Shown here piece after piece: positions 13,201 to 26,183 of a DNA stretch of 64,000 nucleotides; position 1 is the first letter of the stretch; each line of letters opens with the position of its first letter. This DNA is from Bugula neritina (taxonomy: Eukaryota; Animalia; Bryozoa). The translations under genes and the position numbers were made by a program. Where the stretch lies: positions 26,676,628 to 26,740,627 of the forward strand of contig OZ037767.1 in assembly GCA_964035545.1 (NCBI GenBank). The letters run 5' to 3'. Under the pieces are notes generated by a model that saw only the letters and a program-made list of their open reading frames with translations, did no database searches and was not told the origin of the DNA.

Positions 13201-16200
13201 CTAACTAAACTAATGGCAAAATATGTTTTGTTTTTAAATAAAACGAGACAAGCATTTAACTATCAAAAATATTTTTAAACTAGGCAAAATTAAAAGTTGG
13301 TAGTAATATTGTTAGTAATGTCTTATGGTCTATGAAGATTTTTGCATGTCATTCTATGTAAGCTAGCAGTGAGCAACACAATATATATTATATCAACATT
13401 ACTTAGTAAACTAGCCGTAGCCTGAGCACTCACCAACATAGAAAATCATAAGGCTAGCCATGAGATGGTCCAAGGCTATAGGGTGCTCATAGATCTGTCT
13501 ACAGAACTCACTGGTGGAGCTCTGTATGGAAGGGTTGGCGGTGAACATCACCTCTACGAGTTTGGCGAGCAGGTACGGGTTCTTGATGTAGGCAGGGGAG
13601 CAGATGAGGGTGACTAGGAGAGTGATGATGTCATACACTGGCTTAGAGCACTCTGTGGCAGCAAGGGTGGCTGGCATGTTCCTGTGAGTACAACTTACTT
13701 CAGATTACAATCACCTTAACTTACTTCATATTACAATCACCTCAACTTACTTCAGATTACAACCACCTTAACTTACTTCAGATTACAACCATCTTTACTT
13801 ACTTCAGATTGCAACCATCTTAACTTACTTCATATTATAACGACCTTAACTTACTTCAAATTACAAATACCTTAACTTACTTCATATTATAACGACCTTA
13901 ACTTACTTCAACTTACAATTAACTTACTTCAGATTACAACCACTTTAACTTACTTCAGATTAAAACCATCTTTAACTAAGCTGTATCTGTATTTACTAGA
14001 AAATAGTTTACAAGTTAAGAAGTTGTTTAATTAATGAATAAAAAGAAAGTCAATGCAGATGGCATATGACACTAATCAAGTACTTGACATGGTCTAAAAG
14101 GATGAAACAACTCACTGTATGAGGAAAAGCATAAAGTCTGCCATATCATCAACAATATATTCTGGAAGAGCAGAGAATTTCATGGGAGGCTCACTGGTAG
14201 GGGGTAGATTAGGTCTATACCAGAAAGAGAACAGAGAATGAGTATTTCAAAGCTGCTCTGCACGATTATATTAGATAGTGGGACTTGTATACTATAGTTG
14301 GTTTCTTACAGCTCTGCCTTCTCAAGATGATGAATTACACCACCTGAAGGCAGGTGCTTGAAACAGAGCAGTATCATTAGTATTGAACAAAAAGTACTTG
14401 GTGTTATATCATATACACATTGCGTACAACAAATATGTATTTATACCATATGTACTGTCTAAATGCATTTGCATATACAAAAAGAAAACAGTGAGCAACT
14501 GTATATATACAATACAAACACGCTACATACAGTATTAGTACTAAATACCAAGTACTTAGTACTAATACCAATACTTACAGGACGGTGTTACATCCAGCCT
14601 GACTCAAGAGGAAGAGTGACATCGTGCCGTAGAACCGCAGAGTCTTGGTCAGCAGCTCAGGGTCAAGGACTGATGCGTCAGCACACAGCTGAGCCTTCTT
14701 CAACCTGGCCAGCTGAGACGTCCATTTCTTAAGTATCTTCTCGTTGCGTGACTTGATACGGGGGTTGGCCTGCCATACCGCCTTAGACCTCTCCAAGTCC
14801 TACAGGTAAACTTATGCAGTGCATACAACTCCACCCTCCACTAGTTGATTCTCACTTGCTAATAGTTAAAACTTGAATGAGTAGTACTTGTATCAACTTG
14901 TCGCGCACATCAACTCAAGCTTTTAAGAATGTTGAATACGAAACATAGAGCAATACAAGTGTACAGTTTACTTGTCCATAACTATTCACACTTGGTAAGT
15001 GCACGTACACACACTATTGATAGAAGCAAGTCATTGATTACAAAATTACTCTATCATTATTATATATTATTGTAGTATTCTTATTATATTAATAGAAATG
15101 TTCTCATGTCTGGTTTTGTCATTGCTAAACATACCTTAATAACGTTAGACAACTCCTTGATAACTCTTAGCCTTCTGTTATTCTTCTTGATGTTAGGAAG
15201 GATGCAGAGGCTAATGGCCCGCATCGTGAAAAAGAAGCATTCAGTAGAGAATGTAGGCTCGGTCCACTGCTTTGAGCTATCACTACCTGCGTAGGTAGAA
15301 TGTGCAGGTAAAGTATATTATATAGAGAATAGGGAAGAGTAAATTGTTTGAAATAGTCAGATATGTGAATATTCACTTTCAAGGTATGTGTATATAAACA
15401 CATTGTACATGTCATTAAATTGGGTGTCTACAGGCTTGCTATAAATATCAGTGTTTTAATGTTACTTGTTGCACTTTATACGATAATCTGTAATGTTGCC
15501 ATGGCAATGGACACATTGTAGTGGAAATTAGTAAAGATTGATTTCAACTCATTTTCAGTTGACTAAAGTTTGAAATTTTAAATTAAGTATAGTGAAACAG
15601 CATTACAGTACAGATTAGAATAGAAAGAGGATCAATAGACTGGTGACTGTAGATCAACAATGAAATGCAGCTTGACATGGGGTTTGTGAGTCAATTCAAA
15701 GTGACTTAGAAAGAATTGTTGTGGTGGATAACTCACTGAGAGATTGAATCCATTTCTCAGCCTCAGAATCAGTACACTTCAGTCTTGCACAGTCGTTCAT
15801 CTTCAGCTTACGACAGGGGTGGAAGGGGTAGAATGCATCCACCTGCAGCGAGAGATCATAAGAAAGTGATGAGCTATCTCCATTAGTCATTTCCTTACAG
15901 GTTTGTAATGGGAGTTGCTGTCTTTTTCAAGAACAAAACATATGTGTTTCAAATGCAAAAATGCTTTAAATTTAGTGGCACAAATGGCAGGACATAATTG
16001 GTGAAACACAGTTGGTGATTTGCTTTGAAATACAAGTAACACAAAAAGGTATTGAAAAAGTTCAACTTGGTAAAAATATGTCTTAATCAATAAAAGTCTA
16101 GAAAAACTCCCCTAATATCTATTTAAACTTTTTCGATACATATTTTTCACTTGGCTATTTCAAAATCTATTCACTAATTCACATAAGAATATATTATATT

Positions 16201-19200
16201 GTCCATGAGGAGCACAGACAACTCCCAAAATTCACCAAAAATAAATGATCAGGTTCCATTAAAAAGGCAACAGCATTTAGGGCGTGACTCATTATAACCC
16301 GTTTGAAAATACAAATGAGAATATATAACATACAAACTTAAAAAATCAGTTCCCCACGCCGAAAGAAACATGTGAAAATGTGAAGACACTGAAAATATAG
16401 AAATGTTTATACAAGTACTTCTCAACATCTCCCACAGCTGGAGACTAACCTTAGTGTGAGGGATCTTGTCAATGCAGAGGTCATACAGACACGACAGCAG
16501 GTTCAACATGAACCCATCCTTAGACACTTTGTCTTCCTCAACCTGCATCTGAGTTCGCTTACTGTTGGACTCGAGGAAGTTAGCTAGCAGACTTATCATA
16601 GAGCTACGGCTCTCTTTGTATCGTAATATGTTTAGTATAGTCTCACTCATCTGTAGCTGTTCGGGTAATGCATTATAAAACAATATAACAAATACAATAC
16701 AATAAATATAGTCAAATACAACACTGTACCATAGGGAATACAAGTGCTCTATATTTCACATCAGGCTATTTGATTATATACATGTTAGTGACCGCATATA
16801 TTTTTTGCAAAACAAACGTAAATACTTGCTAATCTAGCACTTGTAATAAATGCAAAAATATTAGTATGTCGATGTAAAAAATACAAAAGTAAGATTTTTA
16901 GATTTTCTTAGCTATGTTTCTTTATATAAACAACAGCAGACACAGACTGGGCCAAAGAAGTCAACTTGGTAGACTAACTCTAACTAGACAGAGATAGTAG
17001 ACTTACTGTAACTAGACGGAGATGGTGAACTTACTCTAACTAGACAGAGATGGTAAACTTACTCTAACTAGACAGAGATGGTAAACTTACTCTAACTAAA
17101 CAGAGATGGTGAACTTACTCTAACTAGACAGAGATAATAAACTTACTCTAACTAGACAGAGATAATAAACTTACTCTAACTAGACAGAGATGGTGAACTT
17201 ACTCTAACTAGACAGAGATAATAAACTTACTCTAACTAGACAGAGATAATAAACTTACTCTAACTAGACGGAGATAATAAACTTACTCTAACTAGACGGA
17301 GATGGTAAACTTACTCTAACTAAACAGAAATAATAAACTTACTCTAACTAGACAGAGATGGTAAACTTACTCTAACTAGACAGAAATAATAAACTTACTC
17401 TAACTAGACAGAAATAATAAACTTACTCTAACTAGACGGAGATGGTAGACTTACTCTAACTAGACGGAGATAATAAACTTACTCTAACTAGACAGAGATG
17501 GTAGACTTACTCTAACTAGACAGAGATGGTAGACTTACTCTAACTAGACGGAGAGAGTTGCGAAGGAGCACATAAGTGTCGTTTAAATATCTGGCATCCT
17601 GGCCGTCACTACTGAAGTATTTATCCACCACCTGGACCTACAGAACACGTACTAAGGTCTCCACACAGCATTCTTTATGTAAAAGCAATTCCTTTTAAAA
17701 TTGACAAAAAAAAATAAACAACAATCATAATAACAATGACTCAAACACCATTTCATACTACATCTCAGTAATATCAAAACTCAAGTGAGCAAATAGCCGA
17801 TAAAAATAACTCACAGTATCTTCTGCAAACGTAGAGAATGACATGAATGATGCAAGGAAAGATAACTTCTGAAGCTCACCACCTCTACTGTCTTGTGCTA
17901 TACTAGTAGGGTTCCAGTTATCAAATGCTATGATCTACAACATTACATAGTTTGTATGGCACACTGTAGTACGCATTGTAGTGACTTACAGTCCAGACTG
18001 TAGTAACTACTGTATTAACTACTGTAGTAAATACTGTAGTGACTACCTGTAATAACTACTTGTATATAGTGTATTTCTATAGACTGCAGTTTATTTTTTT
18101 AACAAACACTAAAAATATTAAGTTACCTGCAGCATACTATACTTAATATGCTGCAGGTAAATGTTTACTCCAGTCGAAAGTTTTTGACTCATGACAGTCT
18201 GTGTATTTTATTTTACGTTACATTTAGTAACCATACAGATCTATACCATATCAACAGTAGTCTAGAACTGTAGGGTCTATTGAATGCACGTTGTAGTAGT
18301 CTATGTAGAATGCATACCAAATACTTATACAGTTTACCTGCAACTAACTGTTTATATCTATGCCAGTATATTATATTGTAGTGAGGCAAAGCACCAGGTA
18401 GATTAACAGAGTCTACATACCAAGTCAATGAATGGCTGTCTATTTGAAGCGTCACGAAAAATGATTAAATCAGTAAGAGTTTTGAGGCAGGAGTCGGGGT
18501 TCTCGTCCACAAGAGATAGCTTGCTGGCACACTCCATTAGGTTCATCATGAATGGTGTAAAGATCTATCAGGTTAGAAAGTAGAGTTATATCACAAAAGA
18601 CCATCATTAAGTGTGTATATTAATCCAAAAAATAAATCATGCAACATTATTGTGCTTTCAAGTTAGGTCATTGATATTTAATAAAAGACATATGGAAATA
18701 TAATATAATAAAATACACACAGAAATATAATATAACAAAATACACACGGAAATACAATATAATAAAATACACACAGAAATACAATATAATAAAATACACA
18801 CAGAAATTATAATATAATAAAATACATACAGAAATATAATATAGTATAATAAAATACACATAGAAATATAATATAATATAATAAAATACATACGGAAACG
18901 AACTGACTGGTAGCTAAAGTTTGCGAGATTATCGTGCACAAAAGATTCCACTCGAAGGTTTTCTTTATCAGTAATTTAACCAGAGACATGGAAACACTAC
19001 AATTAAGTGTGAGAATGACATCACAATAAACAGATGGAACAAGTCGTGTGTTGTAACATCAAATTATACATGTACTGCTACGTTACATTATACATGTACT
19101 GCTACATTACGTTATACATGTACTGCTACATTACGTTATACATGTACTGTTACACTATGAAGTTGCAGAGGAAAGTATATAAATAAAGAAAATACATTAT

Positions 19201-21845
19201 AAATTTGCATACATTATGAGGATAAATTCTATAAATTATATTTACATAACACCTATCATGAAGTTAGCATCTCAAACAGAAACCAGAAGTATTAACTACA
19301 CTAAGGTTTAGACTATAGACAAATATTCATATGCCTTAAAACAATTGCTGAGCAAGAAATTCAAGGAAGACATATTCGACTTTAATGGGTCAAGAAAGAA
19401 GTGTTGTATGAAGTATACATGTCAAGGGTGATCCCAATACACAGTTCATGTTTATATTACATATATCCAATAACATCCCCATCTGAAACTATGTATGTCA
19501 TCACACACTGATATACGTATAGCATACCTTAAAGGGCTTTCATCCTTTATAGAGATTGTTCCATCAAGTAAGAGGAGCGTAACGCCAGCCGCTTTCTCTT
19601 TCAACTCATTCACTATTTCAACCTCTATAGCCGACACTGACTTCTACAAGAGATCTAAGTACTAAGTAGTGTGAATCCTCCTAACCCATCAGCAAACTGT
19701 TGAGCTGACTTTTTGAAAAATTTTAATTTTGTGACAAAATTTGCATTTTTTTTTCTCAAAAATTTAGGTTTACAAAAGACTGCACAAGAAAATACAACTT
19801 CATAGAATTATTTCTTCTCGCCAAGTACAAAGTTCAAGTGATAGAGAAAGATAAACACAACATTTATATTAGCGGGTGTGACTTTACCTTCTGACTAAAG
19901 ATAAATTTGCTGGCTGTCTGATAGCAACTTGACAAGGAGGCTAAAACGAGCTCACTTGTAACTTGCAGGTTGTTGGCAGAGTACATGACAACCTCCAACA
20001 GAATGTAGTCTAACATCATCTTTACGTCAAGGATTCCATCTATGAACAGTAGAAACACAACTCCATATTCAGCACATGGTGCCTATGATTAGACTACATA
20101 TTACATATATTAACAAATAAGACCTTTCGCAAGTTTTGTAGTCGCTGAACTATGAACTGATTGCAAAAGAAATCAGTTTATTTCAATTAACTGAGCTACT
20201 CAAATGATTAGCTAATAGAAGTCAACAGTAACTTTCTAAACTTTACAAACTGTTCGAAATTAAAATGCAAGCTAATTAAAGCCAAGCCTTTCAAAGTTTT
20301 ATTACCGGTATTTGATCATCATTTTTAAATCTTATTTCTAATAAACCAAAGAACTAACCTGCGTCTTTAAAAGTATCCATGATTTGTACAATGTCGGGTA
20401 AGATATTGTCTCGGCCATCTAACTTAATCTCCATCAAATCTTGAATGGTTGAGACGATCAATTGATTGATCTTCAACGAGAATATTGACCAATAAACATG
20501 TGCAACATAAACATACACATGGTAAAATACCTGAGCAGTTACAAAGCAAACACTTAATTAGTTTGTGAGATGCAAAATAAAGTTATAATCTATAAAATGT
20601 ACTCTGCTATTTTAAACCTATGAATCATTTCGAGCTTATGACAATAAAATAAAAAAATAGGTAAACTATGAGTAAAATTAATAAAAGATCTTTAAATTCC
20701 ATTAACAATATCTTGATAAAAAGCAGTTTCTAAATTAAATAAATTAACCAAAATATATACATACATGAATGTAGACCTTTATTGCATGGACTCAATAAAG
20801 AGCCTATCAAATAGAAACTGTGGCAGCCACTATGCTTTTAATATTGTAAAATCACAGTTGACTTGGTGAAATGATGAAATAATTGAGGCCAAAGGCTTTC
20901 TCACCTGCGTGGAAGACAGAATGGTTGAAGCAGGTGCTGGGATACTTGGCTTCTCTTCAGTGTCCATGGACTCAGGGCTGGGTTTTGTCGCTGACTGTGA
21001 GAGAGACTGAGTTTGGGAAGAGACGGGTGTGCAGAGGTGAAGGTCAGCAGCACCCGAGTCTGTAGAGACAGAGTAATGAGTGACTAGTACTACTACTAGA
21101 GACAGAGTAATGAGTGACTAGTACTACTACTAGAGACAGAGTAATGAGTGACAAGTACTACTACTAGATACAGAGTGATGAGTGACTAGTACTACTACTA
21201 TAGACATAGTAATGAGTGACTAGTACTACTATTAGAGACAGAGTAATGAGTGACTAGTACTACTACTAGATACAGAGTAATGAGTGACTAATAGTACTAC
21301 TATAGACATAGTAATGAGTGACTAGTACAACTACTAGAGACAGAGTAATGAGTGACTAGTATTTCAATAAACATTCGTTGAATTTGGGTTACAGATTTGC
21401 ATCTACAATACATCATTGCAGTAGGAAATGGTTAAAAAAATTCGTTTTGGGTCAAATTTGCAGCCAATCTGTTATACAGAAACTTAAAAAAGTAATCACT
21501 AGTGATTCACAAACAAATTGCATTCTCATGAGTTAAATCAGTATTTTAGAAAACAATAATTATAAATTTTATGTGAGCATATCGCAACTCAATCTTATAC
21601 AACTGCAAAAAATTGATAAAGAGCACTGTGGTAGAAACCAACCAGCAGAGCTCTGACTAAAATCACCACTGTGTTTCTTGGCACCACTTTCTCCATTTCC
21701 ACCTCCAAGTTTCGCTATTCTCTTCTTCCGCACCTTCAAATAAAATACACGGCTCAACACAAATTAAAACAGATTATTTTACATCTATGTCAAATTTTAT
21801 AAACTGTGTGTCTATTCTCACCTCATCTGCTGTCTTTTCATCCAT
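10204..21845 (-). CDS. UBE4B: Ubiquitin conjugation factor E4 B (Ufd2, U-box), multi-exon
   Basis: N-terminus MDEKTADE|VRKKRIAKL; core motifs [67 protein letters not shown]; U-box [35 protein letters not shown]...DPFNR; last exon 10204-10256 ([17 protein letters not shown]). Confidence 0.95.
10890..11193. repeat. UBE4B intron largely filled by a 35-bp minisatellite (two alternating variants) plus degenerate copies
   Basis: Units gtagtgaggagatattgtgtagtatataatataat and gtagtgaggagacatagtgtagtatatartataat start at 11026, 11061, 11096, 11131, 11166; the array begins about 10 nt from the donor at 11193. Confidence 0.9.
11766..11847. repeat. 30-bp tandem repeat (~3 copies) next to a UBE4B acceptor
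   Basis: tctgattggataatctacagtg recurs at 30-nt spacing just intron-side of the AG near 11752. Confidence 0.8.
13692..13980. repeat. 26-bp minisatellite (~11 copies) carrying GTAAGT on the UBE4B sense strand
   Basis: Unit aacttacttcagattacaaccacctt; lies in intron 13682-14115 and ends about 10 nt from the acceptor. Confidence 0.9.
16973..17555. repeat. 28-bp minisatellite (20 copies plus one degenerate) made of the UBE4B exon end plus splice donor
   Basis: acttac recurs every 28 nt from 17001 to 17533; the sense unit is TCTCTGTCTAGTTAGA|GTAAGT plus 6 nt; the authentic donor (17538) is the first sense-strand copy. Confidence 0.95.
18690..18897. repeat. ~27-bp AT-rich minisatellite, mid-intron
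   Basis: Unit approx. aataaaatacacacagaaatataatat, about 7 copies; explains the repetitive ORFs at 18658-18989. Confidence 0.85.
19063..19153. repeat. 24-bp tandem repeat (~4 copies), mid-intron
   Basis: ttatacatgtactgctacattacg repeated with minor variation. Confidence 0.85.
21064..21361. repeat. 34-bp minisatellite (~9 copies) duplicating the branch/pyrimidine tract of a UBE4B acceptor
   Basis: Unit agagacagagtaatgagtgactagtactactact; sense reads CACTCATTACTCTGTCTCTAG, while the authentic acceptor at 21060 reads CACTCATTACTCTGTCTCTACAG. Confidence 0.93.
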
Positions 21846-24800
21846 TTGATTATTATTTTCTACAGACTTCAGGTGCTGGTCTTGTTAAATTACTGCACTG
21901 CTTGTCTTCATTTCTATAACATAGGAGTAATTAATCAAATTTTGATAAAAAACACATTGAAAGTCACTCAATATCTAAATGTGTAAGCAAAAATTATCAA
22001 TGGTGCTAGCACAACATGAGAATGTGTCAGAGAAACTAACTAAAGGAATCGTATTAAACAAATTTACAACAATACATCAAATTAGGCATTATAACATAAA
22101 ATTATAATTTCAAAGATTTTAAAAAAAGATAGTTGAAACCAGCAGCCAAAAAACCAATTGATGTATTGAGCATAAGTCTGGTAAGTAATTAGCATTATTG
22201 AATTTCAAGTTTAAATATATCATTGAGTGATGATAACATGAGCTATCATAACAATTTTGTGACAGAACATATTTTTTCTCGGATTTATTATTGCTAAAAA
22301 TTCAACCATCACCTATAGGCTATAACTATAAGTAATACTAACTTACTAAGTCTAATGACAGTAACTTAAACTATAACTATAAAATTAAATATAAGACAGG
22401 CAATACCTATAGTTATACTAATATTAATAGTAATAGCTATACTAGTAGTAATAGTAATACTAATATTATTAGTATTACATAGTCATAGAGATAGTCATAG
22501 ACTCATAGTGATAGCCATACCCATACTCATAGTAATAGTTATACTTATTCATATTCATATTGAGTTATTGTTGATAATAATAAAATTGAAGTAGAAATTA
22601 CTATTAGAAGTAAAATGAAAATAATTATTAAATTAATTAATTAACAAAATTTAAATAATCAAATAGTGAAATACTAGCATAAAAATAATAACTCATATTG
22701 ATATTATAACCAATATTATGAGAGATTGAGACTGAGACTAACTCTAGCTCTAAGACTAAGATTAAGAGGAAGAGTGATTCAAGTCCATCTTGATTTTTAT
22801 TTAGAATTTCAACTTTCAAGTTAGAAATACACTTAAAGTTATTATATTGATATTGGATAGTTTTACTTTTTCTAGTTTCTACCAGATAATTGAATTTAAT
22901 CGTTGCACGTTTCAGTTTTAAGTTTGTTATTATTTTTGTAGCACTGCACTTGTGGGATTAAATTTTTTGTTGAAGTGATCGAGTCAATGTCGTGTGAAAT
23001 CGCCTCATCAACAAAGTGGCCCGAATAATTGGCCCCTTTCAGGTCTCCTCTTCTGTTCATTACAATAACAGTGAAAGTGCTCAACCATGGTTTGCAAATG
23101 GCAAGAAAGCTTAGAGCGCCGTGATGACACGAAGATCTCAAATGTATCCGATGCTTATCCAAACGACGCGAGCAAGATTTCACCATCAAAATAATGTGTG
23201 CCGCGGTTGCCATTGAGTTATCCTATCTTTTTCTATAGAAACGTGGCTGAATTTTAAAAAACTTTTTGTGAAAATATGAGATTGTGTAATAACTGATAAC
23301 TAACATGCAGTGTGACATATGACCTTTAACCTTTTACCAGTATGTGCAGCTATGTTGTTCTTTGAGATAAACTAAGTTTCAAGAATTTGATCTGAGGTTA
23401 TCTGGGAGCAGAGCTGCAGCCTTCACTTTATGTGCTTTATAGTAAACAGACCCAGGGCACCATAGCTGCATGGCTCTATTTTTTTAAGATTTTAGTGATG
23501 AAGGACAAGACCTAATGTAATGCATTATGTTAGCTCCTAATATAATATGCATTAAAACTCGAACAGGACGAAGCTGAGATAGGTGAAAAAAAATAATATG
23601 CACCAAAACAGAATTGTTGCCTTATAAATCTTACACATTCTTAAATATCTATTAAACTGAGTCGTAGCTTTATCTTCACTTAGGAATTGTAGCTTAACAT
23701 TTAGTAGTTTAAGCATGCTATAGATCGTGATCTTCTTTATAGCTTGTGAACTAATATTAAAGATTGATTGATTGGTATTGTGTGTATGCTGTTGGAAAAA
23801 TAATGTGCTTCTATATCAAAGAAATGTGCCTATACTTTATCGGCATCTGTGTATTTGTTATCAGGACTCGGGACACTTTTTCACCCCTGTAAATGCTAAT
23901 GAAAGTTTATTACTGCTTATTCTGAAAGATATGCAATATTTTGTTTTCAAAGCCACGCTGTTAAGTTGCAACCAGCTGGTGTTTTCTTATCTTAAACTTG
24001 TTTGAAGAATTCATTTACCTGAAGTTTCATGTTTATTTTTTAGGTTACCAGAAATCTTGGCCTCATGCAGGAGTTCTAGCTTATCTAATAGAGTAATGTG
24101 TTTACTGGATAATATAATAAACAAACCTCATTATTGTCTAGTTACAAAGCACAATTGTGATACTATATTGCTTTGCAGTGTGTGCATTTATGTAAAAGTT
24201 AACTGCTATAATAATCAATAATCTTATGGTAAAAAGTAAATAAGATGGTAATATTGCTACATTGTTGCTTAGCTGTCTAGCTGCAAATTTATTTCTTGGC
24301 TAACGTTAAGGTTTTGATTTATTAACTTAAATTTAAGCTACAGTTTTTTTTATACTTTTATCTAATTTAATAGTTTATAATTATTTAATGCTTCAAAAGC
24401 ATATTCTTTTAGGACAACAGGTTTGCCAGCATATTATTGGAAAGAATCTCTTTTGCTCTTGCCTGTTTTGATGCTCACAGGAATAAAGCAAATGTTGCAA
24501 GACCAGAAACCCATCAACTTAGACTCATACGTTTAACTAAAAATGTTGAGATAATTATTATATATATCTATGCTGTTTAATCATTCTTTAATCATGGATC
24601 ATTAAACTTTACTACTTTAAATGCCCATAAAACAAAACTGTAAGTTTCATGAGTGCATTTATTTTCAAGATGAGAGTGATCAGGGTAAATAATTCAATTA
24701 GAATAGACAACGCAGTTGTACATTTCATTTTAAAACAGTTTGTGTTAGCTTTTTATATATATCTTTTAGCTATAGTCTTTTTTTGAGTAAAGCAAAATTT

Positions 24801-26183
24801 GGCTTACTTATCTGTTATATATGTGTCATTAAACTTTGAAATTAAAACATTTCTGGTGTTTTTCGTACAGCTGTTTGAAGATATTTGAGACTTTCAACTA
24901 TAAACTAATATATAAGTATAATAATCTAATTAGTTTTAATGTTTTTTCTTGATGATTTATTGCATAGATCATGTAAGAACTTAGGTAACAGAAAATATTA
25001 GATCAATGCTTTTAAAGTAAATGTAAAAACTGTTTTTAGCTGCTGGTCATAGAAAGCAATTGCAGCATAGTAAGTTGTCTACCCGAATTTTACAACAGCT
25101 TTTTCCTAAACTTCTAATCTACGGTAGAAATCTGAGCCTTATAAATTTCAGTATTTTGTGCACAAGCATTGTAGTGCTTAATAGCAGCTGTAAAACTCTA
25201 TAACATTGCATTCTCTTTCCATCAAAACATTAATATAATTCATTATTCAGTAGCTTTTAATTCAAGTTTGTAAAAATTTTATAGTTTTGTAGAACATATT
25301 CCTGAATTATTGTTTTAAGCGCTTTTATAAAACCATCTATTGTATATAATATGTAGTTATAGTACGACAATAAAATGGTGTATAACATGTTTATTTGTAG
25401 TTTGAGATACATGTAAATTAAATTTTAAAGGAGAGTTGCTGAATAATAACAATCTTATACTCTGTAGTTGCCACATTGTTACTGATTAATATTAACATAA
25501 ATAAATTAAAGTATTCTTATAAACTTCAAAGTTTCACGGAAAAAAGTATTAGCAGATTTATAGCACTTAATAAAACAGTTTATGTTATTCTTATATAATA
25601 AAATGTTGCTAATATGGTATTTAGTATGTGATTATAGCTATATATATTATAATTCTAATTTTTAATCATCAGATATTGTGGAGGTGCCTCTCATTTAGTT
25701 GAAATCGACATTTTAATTATTGGATTATAGCTTCGGGCAAAGATGTATTTGTAGCTTCACCCTTACAATATTTATTTTAAGTTTGTTTATTAAATTTATT
25801 GATTACATAAGATTATAAGGAAGTTTGAATAGTCTAAGTAATGCTTTCTTATAAAATACAACTCACTCTCAATTCACTGATATATTTAATAGTGTTGTAA
25901 CCTCCACAGATATCCCACTACTCATAAGGGTTGTGCAATTATGACTTCTTTACAAAATATGTGTGCAAAGCAGGTAAGGTTATTGCTGTTTAAACAAAAA
26001 GATGTTCAATTGGCTATTCATAAATCTTGGACTGATATCATGTGAAATTTAATTAATCCTCTACTCTTTTGTATGTAATATTTAATTGGGTCAGGTTGTA
26101 AGGGCATCTTTTATGACTGAAGGAGGTTGATTATGGTCATGTTTAATTTGTAAATATCATCTGATCATTATACTAAGCTCTGG

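Noticed and set aside
16973-17555. CRISPR-like appearance of 28-29-bp repeats (also at 35077)
   Set aside because: Head-to-tail units without unique spacers, eukaryotic intron context, no cas genes.
19401-19445. GTGTTGTATGAA resembling the recalled 5' end of U6atac
   Set aside because: Similarity stops after about 12 nt and the AAGGAGA box is absent.
22896-23213. 105-aa ORF
   Set aside because: Overlaps the presumed UBE4B promoter region; no recognisable domain or exon structure.
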